Source of the DNA: Peribolospora baueri
Taxonomy: Eukaryota
Length of the DNA: 64,000 nt
Assembly: GCA_029717555.1 (NCBI GenBank)
Contig: JAMDHS010000046.1
Location: 1 to 64,000, forward strand
Reading direction: 5' to 3'
The position numbers and the translations under genes were made by a program. The notes beneath the pieces were generated by a model that worked only from the letters and a program-made list of their open reading frames with translations, ran no database searches and had not been told where the DNA came from. Positions 10,609 to 23,488 of the stretch are shown here, piece after piece (position 1 is the first letter of the stretch; every line of letters starts with the position of its first letter).

Positions 10609-11884
10609 ATGTCGCCGCCCGCCTTCTTCGTCGCCGAGCACATCACCAAGCTCCAAGAGGACGGGAGGCCTCTTTTCGAGGACGTCTCCTTCCAGCTCGA
10701 GCGAGGCGAAGCGGTTGTCATTAGCGGAAGGAGTGGATCTGGGTGAGTGGCGTGGTCGACCGTGTCCCGAGTTTACGTCGTCCCCGTAATGAGGCTCTCC
10801 CGTGATCTCTGCCTTGTTCGTCGCCGTCGCGCTGTGCAGAGCTCACCACTTCCTTTTTCTCTTCCCCTGGGGACAACGGCGACCACGACGACCGCGACGA
10901 GCAGGAAGACGACGCTGCTCAAGTGTCTCTCTGAGCTCACTCCTTACGACGCCGGCGGCTCTCACTTCTGTGGGCTGTGAGTCGTACTCTGTCCAACCAG
11001 TCCGGTCCTTCGGTGTGCTCACCGCCCGCTTCTCGTCTTCGCCTCTCCCTTCACATGAACCTACTCGCGGCCGACGGTCGGACTACTAAAGCTCACCGTC
11101 AGACCTGACGCCGCCCGTCTATCGGACGCACGTCCTCTACGTCCCACAACGACCCGCCCTCCTTCCAGGCACGCCACTCGACTTCTGGAACCGGATCACC
11201 TCCTTCAACGCCTGGCAATCCGACAAGGCCTCTGCAGCGACGGAAGCGACGGCTCATCTTCCAACTCGTGCACCCGCCAACGGGAGTGTGCCGGCAGTGT
11301 CGGGCGATGAGGACGAGTCCCGTTGGCCTCCCATCGAGGCCGACCCCATTCAGATAGCCAAGGGTTGGGATCTGCCGGAGGAGGCTTGGAACAGAGAATG
11401 GATGCAGCTGAGCGGTGGAGAGGCGCAGAGGGCCGGCCTGGCCATCTCCGTCGCCCTCATTGGCGGTAAAAGAAAGGGGAATGGCGTGTTGCTTCTCGAC
11501 GGTGAGCCTCGCCGCGCACTCATATCTCTTCCTATCCACCTCCGTCATGACCCCATCCACGCTCACGCATTCCCCTCTATCTTTGCAGAACCCACTTCCG
11601 CTCTCGACCCATCGACCGTACACCTGGTCGAAAAGACACTCCTAGGCACGGCGGCGGCGCCGACGGCCGCGCTCGTCGACGCCAGCACCGAACCCGAATC
11701 TGGCTCAGCGCGGCCGATCAAAAAGAAGGCCGGCGGCGGCGCTGGCCCTCTTACGCTTGTGTGGATCACCCATTCGGACGAGCAGGCCGAACGGATCAAG
11801 GCCAGTCCAGGCGGAGGCAAGCTCGTTTACCTCGGCGGCCAGCAACAGCGGAAAGGAGGACCGTCGTCGTCGTCGTCGGACTGA
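10609..11884 (+). CDS. Stand-alone ABC ATP-binding subunit (FetA/YbbL/STAR1-like)
   Basis: Walker A GRSGSG|KTT (split by an intron), Q-loop YVPQ, signature LSGGEAQR, Walker B LLLD|EPTSALD and H-loop WITHS. No transmembrane domain. Confidence 0.9.
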
Positions 11885-12128
11885 ATGTTACTTTCTTTAA
11901 CTGGCATAAACGAAATGGCGCGCGAATAAGAGGGATGGGAGGGTTTGGGCTTTCATACAGTAGATGCAATTTTTTTTGTTTTGTTTTTGGTTCTCACTCG
12001 CGCCGCGCTCGTCCCGCGACGGCGGGACGACCGGTGCCAACGGCTACGTTAGATAGATATATCCATCCACCTCACTTCACTTGCACTTCGAAAGTCAAGG
12101 GTTTGGGTTAGGAGAAGAGAACGGCGTT

Positions 12129-13672
12129 TTACCGGAACCAGAAATTCACGCTCGCGCTCGTACTCGTACTCTTCACGCCGTGTAGCCATCCCTCAGGAAT
12201 GAAAAGCGCTTGTCCGGGATGGAGTTTGGTGACGAGCATGGCGTCTGCGTCGGTGAGCGCTCGTGATAGGCGTGGGTAGGGAGATTCGATGTCTGGGGGT
12301 GAAGAGGAGGAGGAGGAGGAAGAGGTGGGATGAAGGAAGGGCTCTTCGGAGGGAATCGTGGTCGTGTTGCGCTGGAGCGGGTGGGTGGATAAGTAGAGCC
12401 AAGGCGCACAGGTGGGCGGAAATAGGTGGATGCGCTTCGTCCCGACGACTGGAGGTGAGGAGGCAAAAGTGAGCTGGCGGAGCAAGGGAGGCACGAGGCG
12501 AGCCTCGACATAGGGAGCTTTCTTTTGTACCCTCGCCCGATTGGACTGCCGAAGCGCTCACCTTGGACAAAGAGGTTGTGGTACGCTGCAAGGCCAACGA
12601 AACGCAGCATACGCCGTTTCGACCTATTAGATGGCCCTTGTCTCCGGCTCTCGTTCGCTTCGCTAGACGGAATCTATCCTTTGTACTCACGATCTCGATG
12701 CACAGGAGTCCAAGTTCCCTCCGGACCTACCCAGACGTTGCTCCGGTATTGGTGTCGGTCCGTGTTGGGCCCTGCAGTCAGATGAGGGATCGCAGGTTGG
12801 CAAGACGCTGCGAGGAGAGGCGACTGAGAGGGGCGCGGCGCGGGTAAGCGAAGCGCTTGACGAATGAACGGCTCAAGAGCGAGACCATTCCGGATCCCCA
12901 GCCGACGCCTGCGAAAAAGCAACCACATACAGCTGACAAGAGATCAAACTGCGCGACGTAGCCGAGCGGAGGAGACGGCGATCCGGGCGACGATGGAATC
13001 TTGCGAGCGACGAAAGCGTCCAAGAAGAGACCTGCGTTGAGCGTCCGGTACGAAAAGATGGAATGGGTTTCGCAATGAGTTAGGACGGTCTTACGAAGGA
13101 CTCTTCCGCTGCGCTGACAAGCCCCCGCTCCGAACCGTTGAAAGACGAGGAGACGCATCCTCACCAAACGGCATCTCCACCTGCTCCCAGCCGCCGGCGC
13201 CCTCCCTGCCAGCGACGCCGCCGACATCGCTGCTACTCCCCGTCTCCTCTAGTCGATCCATGTAGCTCCTACCGGACCTGCTGAGCTCGACGGGGACTAG
13301 CAGGTCTTCCGTCTCCGCGTTGCGCATGCCTTGAAGAGTCTCTGCTTCCCGACGGGGCGCTTCCTCCCCGGTACGTAGACGGCGAGAAGACCAAGCCCGA
13401 ACGGCGGGCCATTCGTCCACCAGACCCGAAATCACCGCCGGACGAGAGGGCAGGAGATGTTCCTGGACAAACTGCTCTGGAGTCGGCTTTTCCAGGTGCG
13501 GCGGAGGCGGTCGGCGCCCGGCCGGAGAAGAAAAGGAGGACGTGGTGAGCGCTCGTCGGTCGCATCGTCCAGCGACGGGTACGCCTCGACGCCCGGGCTT
13601 TGTCTGCCGTGCGAGCGGTGCCAGCCAAAAAAGATGTCGGCCCGTCCCGTACAGGACATGAGGGGCCGACAT
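12129..13672 (-). CDS. JmjC/cupin_8 2OG-Fe(II) oxygenase (JMJD5/FIH-like)
   Basis: RPAVISGLVDEWPA, VPVE, YVAQFDL, NVWVGPEGTWTPVHRD (HxD), NLFVQ|VVGTKRIHLFPP and LHPGQALFIPEGWLHGVKS...SVNFWF (distal His). Confidence 0.9.
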
Positions 13673-14749
13673 GGACTGGTGGTGGGCCCGTTTTCGTTAA
13701 TCAGATGGTAGCAAGCGACGAGGTGATCGCTGGTGAGAAGATGATCGACGGCGATCTCGATCATTTATCTCTTTTATCTTCCGACATAGTCCAACATTCA
13801 ACATTTAACACCTCCATCGACACGACACGTGCTCTCTCTCTCATCCTCTTCCACTCGGTCCACGGGATGAGCATGCAAGGCCGCCAAGAAGCCGTCTTGC
13901 TCCTCGGATGGCCCAAGCCCAAGCCCACATACATCGTCTATCTCACGGCGTTCTCATCCCGGTCCTACAGGGCGCACGTTGCCTGTCGTTTTCAGATTTC
14001 ACGTTTCTATTCGCCATCTCCCACTCACCGCGGTCACCGACCAGCTTGCCGAGAAAAACACCTCCGCTCGTGCCCCGCAGTGTTGAGTCGCCGTTGTTCT
14101 CGAGAGCGACAGCGGCCGTTCCCCACCGGGCAGCTTGAGCCGCTCAGGGCGCAAAAGCATCAGCTGCCCGTTTGCGCCGGCGAGTAGGACGGGCATAGGC
14201 CATGCTTAAAAGCCCGCCAAGTTGATAGACGGGCTCGTCGAATGATTGCCGGCCCCGGGTCCGTCGACTTGGAACGCAAGATGGAAGCGGCTTAGAGCCG
14301 AAAAAGATCCTCTTGGGCCAGCCGGACGGTATGAAGCCAGGAAGGGTGGGCCTGGGCCTGGCGGAGAAGATGGCGCGCGAGGAGCAGAGGTGGTCCGTGC
14401 GACGGCGACCAGTGGCAACGACAATGCGGTGATCAGAGTGATGAAGCTCGGGCTGATATTTTGATTAGAACTTAGGCAACCAAACTCGGGAGCAACGCGG
14501 AATGCGACACACAAAAAAAAAAGTCCATAACGTCGTGGGAAATTCTGCAGCGCAAAAAACGTCGATTCCAGGTCGCCGTCTTGTTCGCAGTTCGTTATTC
14601 GCCGCCTCGTTCATGGCGCTCATTAGTTCATGGCTCCTTGTTCGCCGCCTCGCTCATTACCCACGGTTTACCGTCCATGAATGGATGACGGGAAAACTCG
14701 GGGAGGGGGGAGATACGGAGGAAGAGCCGACTCAGAGGGGCCTGTCGTT

Positions 14750-14757
14750 TATAAAAG
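14750..14757 (+). promoter_or_regulatory. TATA box of the Fe/2OG dioxygenase gene
   Basis: TATAAAAG about 140 bp upstream of the ATG at 14893. Confidence 0.55.
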
Positions 14758-14892
14758 CGCAGGCTCCGAGTCGGCGGTCGTCGACGCATCAAGTCGCTGT
14801 GCGCATCTGGCTTTCTCTGTCGCTCTATCCCCTCTCTCATCTCACTTCCTCTCCATCATAGACCCCGCTTCTCTCCTACACGGTCATTCAGT

Positions 14893-16785
14893 ATGGCCAT
14901 CGCCACTGTCATGCCGTCTCTCGACGCTCACGTCACTCAGAAGTCCTTGCCCGCGGGCGGTTTCGACCCGAATCGTCACCTTCACTTCAAGCAGCCTTCG
15001 AGGGTGTACACCATGGACGAGCTCGGCCTCGGCGGGCAGAGGTGCACCGTGAGTTGGGAATGTCCTCGACGAGGCTAACATATCCCCAAACTATCCTGTG
15101 ACAGGTCCGAGCTGTTTCGTCTCTCCCTCTCTTCTCAGAGCAATGTAGCCATCACCGATCCTTTCCCTCTCGTCTCGCGCGACGGCATCCGTGCGATGAG
15201 GGCTGAGATCCTCCAACCAGACGTCATTGACGAGTACGCCGTACACTCTAAGTGTGAGCCCTTGCGTATGCCGTATAAGCCCTTGGCAGTCCGCTACTCG
15301 CTCACGCTGACGCGTCCGGTGCCTGTCCATATATTCGTCATTGCCGCCGCTCCTTCAGTGTCCGCTTTCCAGATTCGCGGAATGTCCGCCGCGTATACTC
15401 CTTTCCTTCACCAGTGAGTATATCTTGTCCTCCCCGCCAAAAGGAGGTAGGTACGGCTCAAGCGGTGCCACCTTTCTCTCTCCCATAGGTTTTGGAAACA
15501 CCCAGCCACACTAGCGGCGGTCAGTCAGGCGGCTGGTTTGGATCTGGTGCCCATCATGGATTTCGAGCTGGCCCATACGAACGTGAGCGCCGTTTTTCTG
15601 TCATGCTTCTCTCCCTCCTTGAACATCTACGTGCATCCGCCTGACAAAAGAACGAGCCACTGTGTGACGCTGCTCTGCTTGCTTTGCGCCGCCGTCACAT
15701 CTCACAGATTATGGTAAAGAAAGGTAGCACCCGCGAAGATACTCTCGCCTCCCTCACTCCCGAACCCCTGCCCGCCCACCCGCCTCTCGACTCGGAGCTG
15801 TCGGACGCGTCCGAGAGCGACGAGGATGATGTTCCCGCCGTCGTGGGCTGGCACAAGGACAGCTATCCTTGGGTCTGCGTGTGAGCAGAGGTCGTCTGAC
15901 GCCTTACTGTCTATGTCGCTCGATGCGATGCTGAGGTGACGAACCGTCTTTCTTCACCACTGACCGTTCAACAGTCTCATGCTCAGGTGAGTTCCCCGCA
16001 TGCTGACTCGAACGAGCGGGGACCGTCGAGAAAAGCGACGAAAGTAGTGATTCTAAAGCGCCTCCAACGCGCTCGCTTTTCCCATAGCGACGTGTCCAAT
16101 ATGCGAGGAGGCGAGACGGCCATCCGCACCGGCTACGGCTCCATTATCAAGGTCCGTGGACCCCAGCTGGGCACGGCGGTCATGATGCAGGTGAGCTTTC
16201 TTTGTATTCCCCCTTCCTACGAACGTTTACGCTTAGCTGTCCCCGGTTCGATCTCCTCGGCAAATTTGAATAGGGCAAATACATCGAACACTGCGCGCTT
16301 CCCGCGCTCGGCTCCTCGGAGCGGTTGACCATGGTCTGCTCCTTCCGCGCCAAGGAGCCCACGCTGCCTGATGATTCCCATCTTGTCACCGTCCTCTGCA
16401 ACAGCAACTGGTGAGGACGGCCATCTTTTGCACACCTTTTGGCAAGCCCTCGTTCGAGGCCGGTCGTTCAAATCTCCTTGCCATACCTCATATCTTGCCT
16501 CATCTTCTCCCTTTGCGGCCCGCCAGGAACGACCTCTTTTACCAGTGGACGGCCTACCGCCTGCGTCTTCTCTCGGAACGCTTTTCCGTCCTAGCTGATA
16601 CCCTCGACGCCCGTGCCACCTCCCAGGATTCCGTCAAGGCTGGTGGACCTCCCCGGTTGCCGGTCGTAAATCTGGAAGAGTTTGAGTTGTGGATGCAGGA
16701 GCAGATTGCATACCTTCGGAAGACGAGGACTGAAATGGACGAGTATGCACACGCGCCTAGTTTCGTCAAGGTCCGTCGCGCTTAA
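14893..16785 (+). CDS. Fungal Fe(II)/2-oxoglutarate dioxygenase-like protein
   Basis: FDPNRHLHFKQPSRVYTMDELG, DPFPLVSRDGIRAMRAE, VVGWHKDSYPWVCV|LMLS|DVSNMRGGETAI (HxD) and MMQ|GKYIEHCAL...ERLTMVCSF (His plus RxxxxxS). Includes a 12-nt micro-exon at 15975-15986. Confidence 0.85.
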
Positions 16786-17672
16786 GGGTTTCGGTCGGTC
16801 ATACAGACAGACGGGTTGTCTGGGGTATTCACAGTGCAGTCGACGGTTTGAAAGGGCTGGGGTCTCTGTCGAGCCTTTGTTTTGGGATTTTGGTCTTGTG
16901 TTTTTGTCTGACTGTCTCTATGTTTACTTCTCGATTGCGCTTCGACATCTCTTCCCCTTTTATTTGGTTCTGTCTTCGTTGCTCTCGAGATCCGTTGCGT
17001 TTCTAGTCAGCCAGCCGGTTTGTTTGTCACCATCCTGGAGTCGCGACTGGGTACATGTATACACATATGTGGTCGGGACTGAGCACTCGCTCCCAGAATT
17101 GTACCGCCTCGTGCACAGTATACGATCTTGCCGATGGCCTTCCAGAGCGTCTGAGCGTCCCAACGACGGTCCCACCCGCCGCTACGAGGAGTCATGACTC
17201 GCTTCCGTACTTCTTTCCGCTTAGTTATCGCCGGCACCGTCCTTCCCCTCTCTCTCCTCCTCTTCAACCGCTGTGTGATGAGCGGGGCCCATATTTGGGC
17301 AGGGGGTTATAGACTTCTACGCAAACAAGTGATTGTTATACGTAGTACTTGAGTCGGAGAACGAAGGAGGGTGCGGTGGTTGGGGCGTAAGGAATGGACC
17401 ACTTCCGTACAATCGACGTTAATGATCCGCTTCATCCGGGGACGGGCGACCACTGTCATCCTCCAGGTTCCTTCGGAGGGAGTTGTCCTGGGTCGTGCGG
17501 GTAGCCCTCCCACTGTGAGCTCCACCACTGCTGTACTCGAGTTTATTATACCTTCTCGCCATGGAACGTATGTGCGTTTGCAGTCGATGTGACCTTGGTC
17601 GGCCAAGGGGAGAGGTATTGCCACTATAATATAATTGGACAGAACAATGGGAAGTTGTCGGCTCGATACCTG

Positions 17673-20600
17673 TCACGCTTCCGCTGCCATTCCTCGCTCC
17701 TCCTCGTCTTTGACGACAACACCTTCCACATCTTCCTCATCCTCGTCCTCAAGGAACAGTCGCCTCTCCTTCGCCCTCGCTCGTTCTTCGACCGTCATGG
17801 GCCTCTGAACTTGCGAAACATCTTGCACATCGTCGCCGTAGACAAAGTTGACATCTCTTGGATCGCTCCCACCTACGATGGATGGAAGCAGAGGCGTTGG
17901 CTGCCTTGGCCGGTCCTTAACAAAGCTCTTTGGTAGCCTTTCGACGACTACCTCCACCTCCATGTTGGGCCGTACCAGTCGAACAGGTGTAGCCGGCACG
18001 ATCGTCTCGGTTAGCGAGCCGGCTTGGGTCCGCGTTACTCCGTGCCCTGACTCGTGCTGGGGCATGACGTCGGCGTCGAACAGGTCTCTTCCGACGAAGG
18101 CTGAGTGACGGAGACAAAGAGAGTGCAAGTTACGGCTCGCCTAATTATCAGACTTGCTACACCGGTAGTGGGAATACCCGATCTATCGAAAAGCGACTCA
18201 CCGCGCAATACCGCCAGCCCTCCGACTTTGCTTGTCACCAAATTACCTTCGCTACACGCCTGACTCGACACGCCTGCATGCGCACAGAAAGATCAATTAA
18301 TCCGGGTCTCTCAAAAACTACCGCATCTATATCCCGAGCATGCGAAGATACGAAAATGGTAAGACAACTCACAACTGGGACAGCCGTCCTCGCAAGCGCA
18401 CTTCTCAATGACCAGGATGGCAGTTCGAAGCATGGAGTCGAGGTGATCAAATGCTTTCGCGCAGATGCCACCGTTTTGGCTGGTGGCGTCGTACAACGTC
18501 AATCTGGTGATGATGTTTATCGGTGAAAGCAGGCATGAGAATACCGAAACCTCAGCACTAAATAGCCGCCTTGCTAGCAGGAGCTCACCTAGCAGGTCGC
18601 TTTCGAGTCGTCTGTCTCGATCCATACTCCTTCTCCGGTGCCTTGCACTCTGTTCGCACGTCTCCCTGAACACTCATGACAAACAAGGGGGTGAGGCCAA
18701 GTAATGCGTGTTCGGCGGCATGAATAGCGGCGGCGACGTTAATCTCCTTGTCGATGAGGCCGTCGATAACCGACTTGGGCAAGTCCAGCCAGAGCCCATG
18801 CGTGTCGCGCACGAAAGGAGGCATGTCGACGTCGACGACGTCCAGAATATTCGCTCGTCGGTCCGTTTTGAAATAACCGAACACGACCGTGCTCACTGGA
18901 TGGCCGACGTGTGTACAGAATGCAGTCAGCCACAAGCACTGCTCGCATAATAAGAAGCTACATTTGCGCTTACCGACGATGCGCCCATAGAATGCCCGAC
19001 ATGAAGAACTTCGGAGAGAGCGCATGCGGTAGGTCTCCATCGGGTCGACATCCCTATGTCGAAGGCAAACGAGCAAGCTATTAGATAACTTGGGATGCGT
19101 GCAAAAAGTTCACAGGAGGAGCATGAGACCCACGTGAAATCGCTGCAATGGGAAGAACGGCGAACAGGAAAGTCCGTCACTATATTCAACGTAGGAGTGC
19201 ATGCACACAAAGCTCTTACTTACCGTGATCGGGTGATATAATTCACGTCCTTCTGAACGACAGTCGCCATACGACGATCATGGTTCATTTCCATAGCGAG
19301 ATACGTGATTCCTTGATGCATGAATACCGCTCCCTCGTAAACTTCAAAGATGGCTCGCTCAAGCTCGATCTCTTCGAGTACTTTGGGGTTTCCAGGAACG
19401 TTCGGCGTATCGTCCACGACCGAATACGTTTCTTGACGCGCGCCGCGTATAGCTACCTTTCGGGCGGGATCCGGTCGCATTCGAGGGTGGCAGTGGTAGA
19501 ATTCTGCCTCGTCAACGACGAGACACTTTTCACAGAGCTCCGGAAGGCGGGGCCCAAAGAAAGGCACGTCGTCCTTGGGATGCACCGGCATCTCCTCTGC
19601 AGCGCACTGCAGGTGCGCCTCGAGGACGAACTCGTTCTCGAGGTCCACACCAAGGTCCGCATCGGGGGAGGTGAAGATCTCATCGGGATTGCGCATGTAG
19701 TGTTGGTCAAGAGGGAAGGGGTCCCCCATCAGCAACGCAAGCGAATCCTTTTGACGCCGACCAGCTCGTCCGGCTTGCTGACGCTGAGGAGCAAGACAGT
19801 ATGGTGTATGAGTACCAGCCGTACAAGATCGGGGAATTGCATCTTCAAGGCAGGCATACCATGCTTGAGATAGAATACGGGAAGCCAAGCATGATAACGG
19901 CATCAAGGCTGCCAATATCGATGCCAAGCTCAAGTGCAGAAGTCGCGATAATTCCTAAAAGACGACCGGAGAACATATCCTGCTCGATCCGGCGGCGGTC
20001 TTGAGGAGAGTAGCCGGAACGATAGGACATGACTTTGGGGACGATGTCGTCTCTGCCTTCAACGACAAGGTCTGTCCGGACTTGCTTCATCACTATCTCG
20101 CACACCCGACGGATCTAGGGCACGCAAAGTGCGAGCCAGCAAAGGTAAGTGATCTCCTGTTTACGAAATAGGAAAGCAGATAGAAGGAAGTTGACAAACC
20201 TTGCAAAACACGATGGTGCGAGCGCCGCGTTCTACTAAGTACCGGAAAACCCTCGACACCTCCTGAAAGGTGCTCACACGGCCTTGATTGCGGTCGTCCG
20301 GATCGATGTATGGCGGGTTCCATATCACCCATTCCTGTGCTCCAATGAAAGAAGGGGAAGAAAAACGAAAAAGCGAGCATGAGCGCATGTATGGTGGCAA
20401 TGGATACCACCTGCGCTCTAATGCGGGCTTACCTTTCTTCCGGCTGGAGACCCGTCGACATTGACGAGCTTCACATCTTCCACTCCAAAAACGGTCTCCA
20501 TATGCTTAGAAAATGAATGAGCGACATGTGAAGTCAGATCTTCCGTCTAGTTGGCGGGCGCGCTGCCGCGACGCAACTCACTTTCTCAGGATTAGCCACC

Positions 20601-22907
20601 GTCGCGCTGCAGCTGATGAACTTGACCTTCCTGTTACCGAGGGCACAGCAGATGCGTCTCAATCGCCGCATTATGTATGAAACATGAGCTCCGAACAGGC
20701 CATTATAAATATGCAGTTCATCGACGACGATGTACTTGAGATTGCGCAGGAACCGGCGCCAAAGATCTTCCGACGGTAATACGGAGACGTGCAACATGTC
20801 CGGATTGGTGAAGATGACACTCGCACGCTCTCTGATCACCTTGCGCTCTTGCTGAGGTGTGTCTCCGTCGTACGTCGCCACGACGACGTCCTCTAGCCCC
20901 TCGCAGTTTCGGAGCAAATCCTGGAGGGAACGTTTCTGATCTTGCGCAAGCGCTTTAGTGGGAAAGATGTAAATGGCGGTGGAAGCAGGATCGGCCTGAA
21001 GCGCTTGGAGAACTGGAACCTGGTACTTTAGATGAAGTCGAGCGACATGACTGAGGATCGCACCTCTTAGCCGGGATGCAGCGATGCGGACGCGTCGACT
21101 CACGATCAAAGATTTCCCAGAGGAAGTGGATGTAGAGACGATAACGTTGGACCCGAAGTGCAGATGGTTCAACGCCTCGGCTTGGTGAGCGTAAAACTTG
21201 TCTATGCGGCGCGTAGCGTAGAGGGCATCGACAAGCTCTTGCGAAAGCTGAAACTCCAAATCGCCTGTTGCGAGAAGTTGCGCACGGGTTAGCTCAAAAG
21301 AATTCCAGAAGCGGACTCTTGACCCACCGTATTGCGCCTCTCGAGCCTCGAATACGCGATGACCGTTCTCCACAATCTGGTCGTTCCACCACTCCTCCGT
21401 CTTCATCTCCTCGATTATGTCCGCCATCATCGGTCGCTCGTCCGGGTGAGCCATGAGGTGCTCAAGCTTGATTCGTTTCTTGCGCGGTGTCTCCCCGTCC
21501 CGGCCTAGGGGGTCGAAGTCGTGATCGACCGGGATGTGCTCGTTCGCCGCGTCGATGACCAGTTGCACGGGATCCTCGCCCTGCCATGCGTGCGTTCGGA
21601 ATCACGGTGCGGACTCATGTGAGCTTGTGTACTCCGACCACGCGGTAGCGTCCCAGGTGTTCCCGGTCAGCACGACTCACCTTCGCCCTGCAGGCTGTGA
21701 GAAGCTCGAGTACGGCTTGTTCAAACTTGAAGTGCCTCTTCTCGATAAGCTTCTGCATGCTAGCCTGCGATGCCGTCTTCTTCGGATCCGTGGCTCCCTG
21801 CTTCCTCCTATGAGCAGAAATCAAACGTTAAATAACACATCAGAATGAATTATGGACGTTGACCTGCCAGAGAGAAAAGACTCACTGGATCGCTCTCGCC
21901 CTCTTGGACCTAGCGGGAGCCTTGACGCTATGCAGCTCTCCATCGTTGAAATCGAGCAGCAAAACACGTTGCGAATCTCTCTCCCTCTCCTTTCCCTTTC
22001 TCAAAGCTCCCTGAGCTCCTTCATCAAGTCTCAAAGCAGCCTCTTCGAACAGATCGTCCTTGTACTGCGTCCGAGCCCTCGCTTGTTCAGAGGGGTGATC
22101 GTCGACGTGCAGTGGGAGGTTGTTTTCGTCGACGTACGCAAATGTAATCAGGTTCGGGACTAGCGACTTGATCTGTGCAATCTCGAACACGTCGAGTGGC
22201 CTGGCAAACGAAACGTGGGAGACGGAAAACGGAGACGGAGGGGAAGTGAATGGCGCCAAGCCATGGCCGGAAGTGAGCAGATACGATCGAGAATGGGCGA
22301 CTCGGGAGCTCGAGTTTAACTACGACGCTCGCTCGGGCCTTTCCCTTGCGCTACCAAACGAAGATACGTACCTCTTCAGCAATCCCTCAACGCCACTCCT
22401 GATCGTGTCAAACGTAGTGGCGAGGTGCTTCCTCGCATTGCAGAACACATGCACCGTCGAAACGGCCTTGAACACCTTTTCCAAATTGACAAAGTGTTCC
22501 GGCCATGGAAAGTTGCGCGTGAGGGGCGGTGGAGGCGTAGACGTAGTGGAGTGGTTAGAGGAGGATGCGCCAGAGGCAGCGGTGCGGCCGGTCACGGTGC
22601 GGCGGTTTTGTCCGCTGCGAGAAGAGCGGGCGCGAGGTGGCGCAAGAGCGGAGGCGGAGGATGAGGGCCCGGCGCAACAGAGATCTGGATCCTCCTCTTT
22701 GGCCTCCACCTTGACAGCCACAGGAAGATCAGGATCGGAACCCGCAAAGCGTTCTCTTGACGCGCTCCCTGTCGCCGCTTGCGAGGAGCTGCTATGCCCA
22801 TGCCCCGTCTCCCTTTCGAGGGCTACTTGGGCGGCATCAGCTTGGCGCTGAGCTTTGCTGCGCTCGTGCACGGCCGCCTTCTGTCCTCTTCCCTTCAGAC
22901 GAGGCAT
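17673..22907 (-). CDS. HRQ1: Hrq1 RecQ4-like DEAH helicase with C-terminal DUF1998 Zn-binding domain
   Basis: YAHQAEAL, TSTSSGKS, PTKALAQDQ, DELH, SAT, YRSGY, ATSALELGIDIG, QQAGRAGRR, and the C-terminal HAAEHA...C...CACEDGCPSC motif. Confidence 0.93.
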
Positions 22908-23488
22908 GGTGAGACGCGGGTAGCTCGGGGACAGAAGGGCAGATGGTGGTGGCCTTGCTGGCGGTGAGAACGGGTCGTCCGTCCGATTTGTGGTCCGCGA
23001 TCATTTACGCGCTTCCTCGATCGCGCAGACCGCCGGGCATATGGCAATCACACTGGTAGGAGGACCCTTCAGCTTGGATCACAAGCCATATCCCAGACGG
23101 TAGACTTTAACCTCCTTCCTATTACCAAAGTGAGCCCCAACAGGAGCATAATCGCTTTTTGAGCGGTACGCTAGAGATACAGATACAAAGTGACCGAGCT
23201 GCTGAGCAGGGGGGAAACATAATCCGAAAACGAAAACGGAGCTGCTGGCAAGAAGAGCAGGTGGGAAAGAGGCAGTTGCGTAGGAGTGGTGGTGGTTCAG
23301 ACTGGCGAAGGGACAAGGACAAGGAAGAGCGTCGAGGCGACCAGGCGCCGACGGCGCCGACAAAAGCAGCACGGCGAACAATAAATAAGATAGTAGGCTG
23401 GCAATGTCGGCAAAAGTTTTTAAGAGAGAACTAGCGCGGTCCCAGCGGGGCGCAAACAAAAAGTCTATGAAGCGGGCGTGTCTAGCGC

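Noticed and set aside
9729..10721. 330-aa minus-strand ORF as one gene
   Set aside because: It joins antisense of the ATPase exon, the promoter and permease exon 1; the real start is the ATG at 10253.
1..16785. DUF3328/UstYa oxidase near the peptide precursor
   Set aside because: No HxxHC motifs were seen, so a classical dikaritin cluster is not supported within this window.
17240..17600. Possible ncRNA (TGATGA box and TTCG-loop hairpin)
   Set aside because: No nearby CTGA D box and only weak pairing. No tRNA, rRNA or snRNA signature was recognised by eye anywhere in the window.
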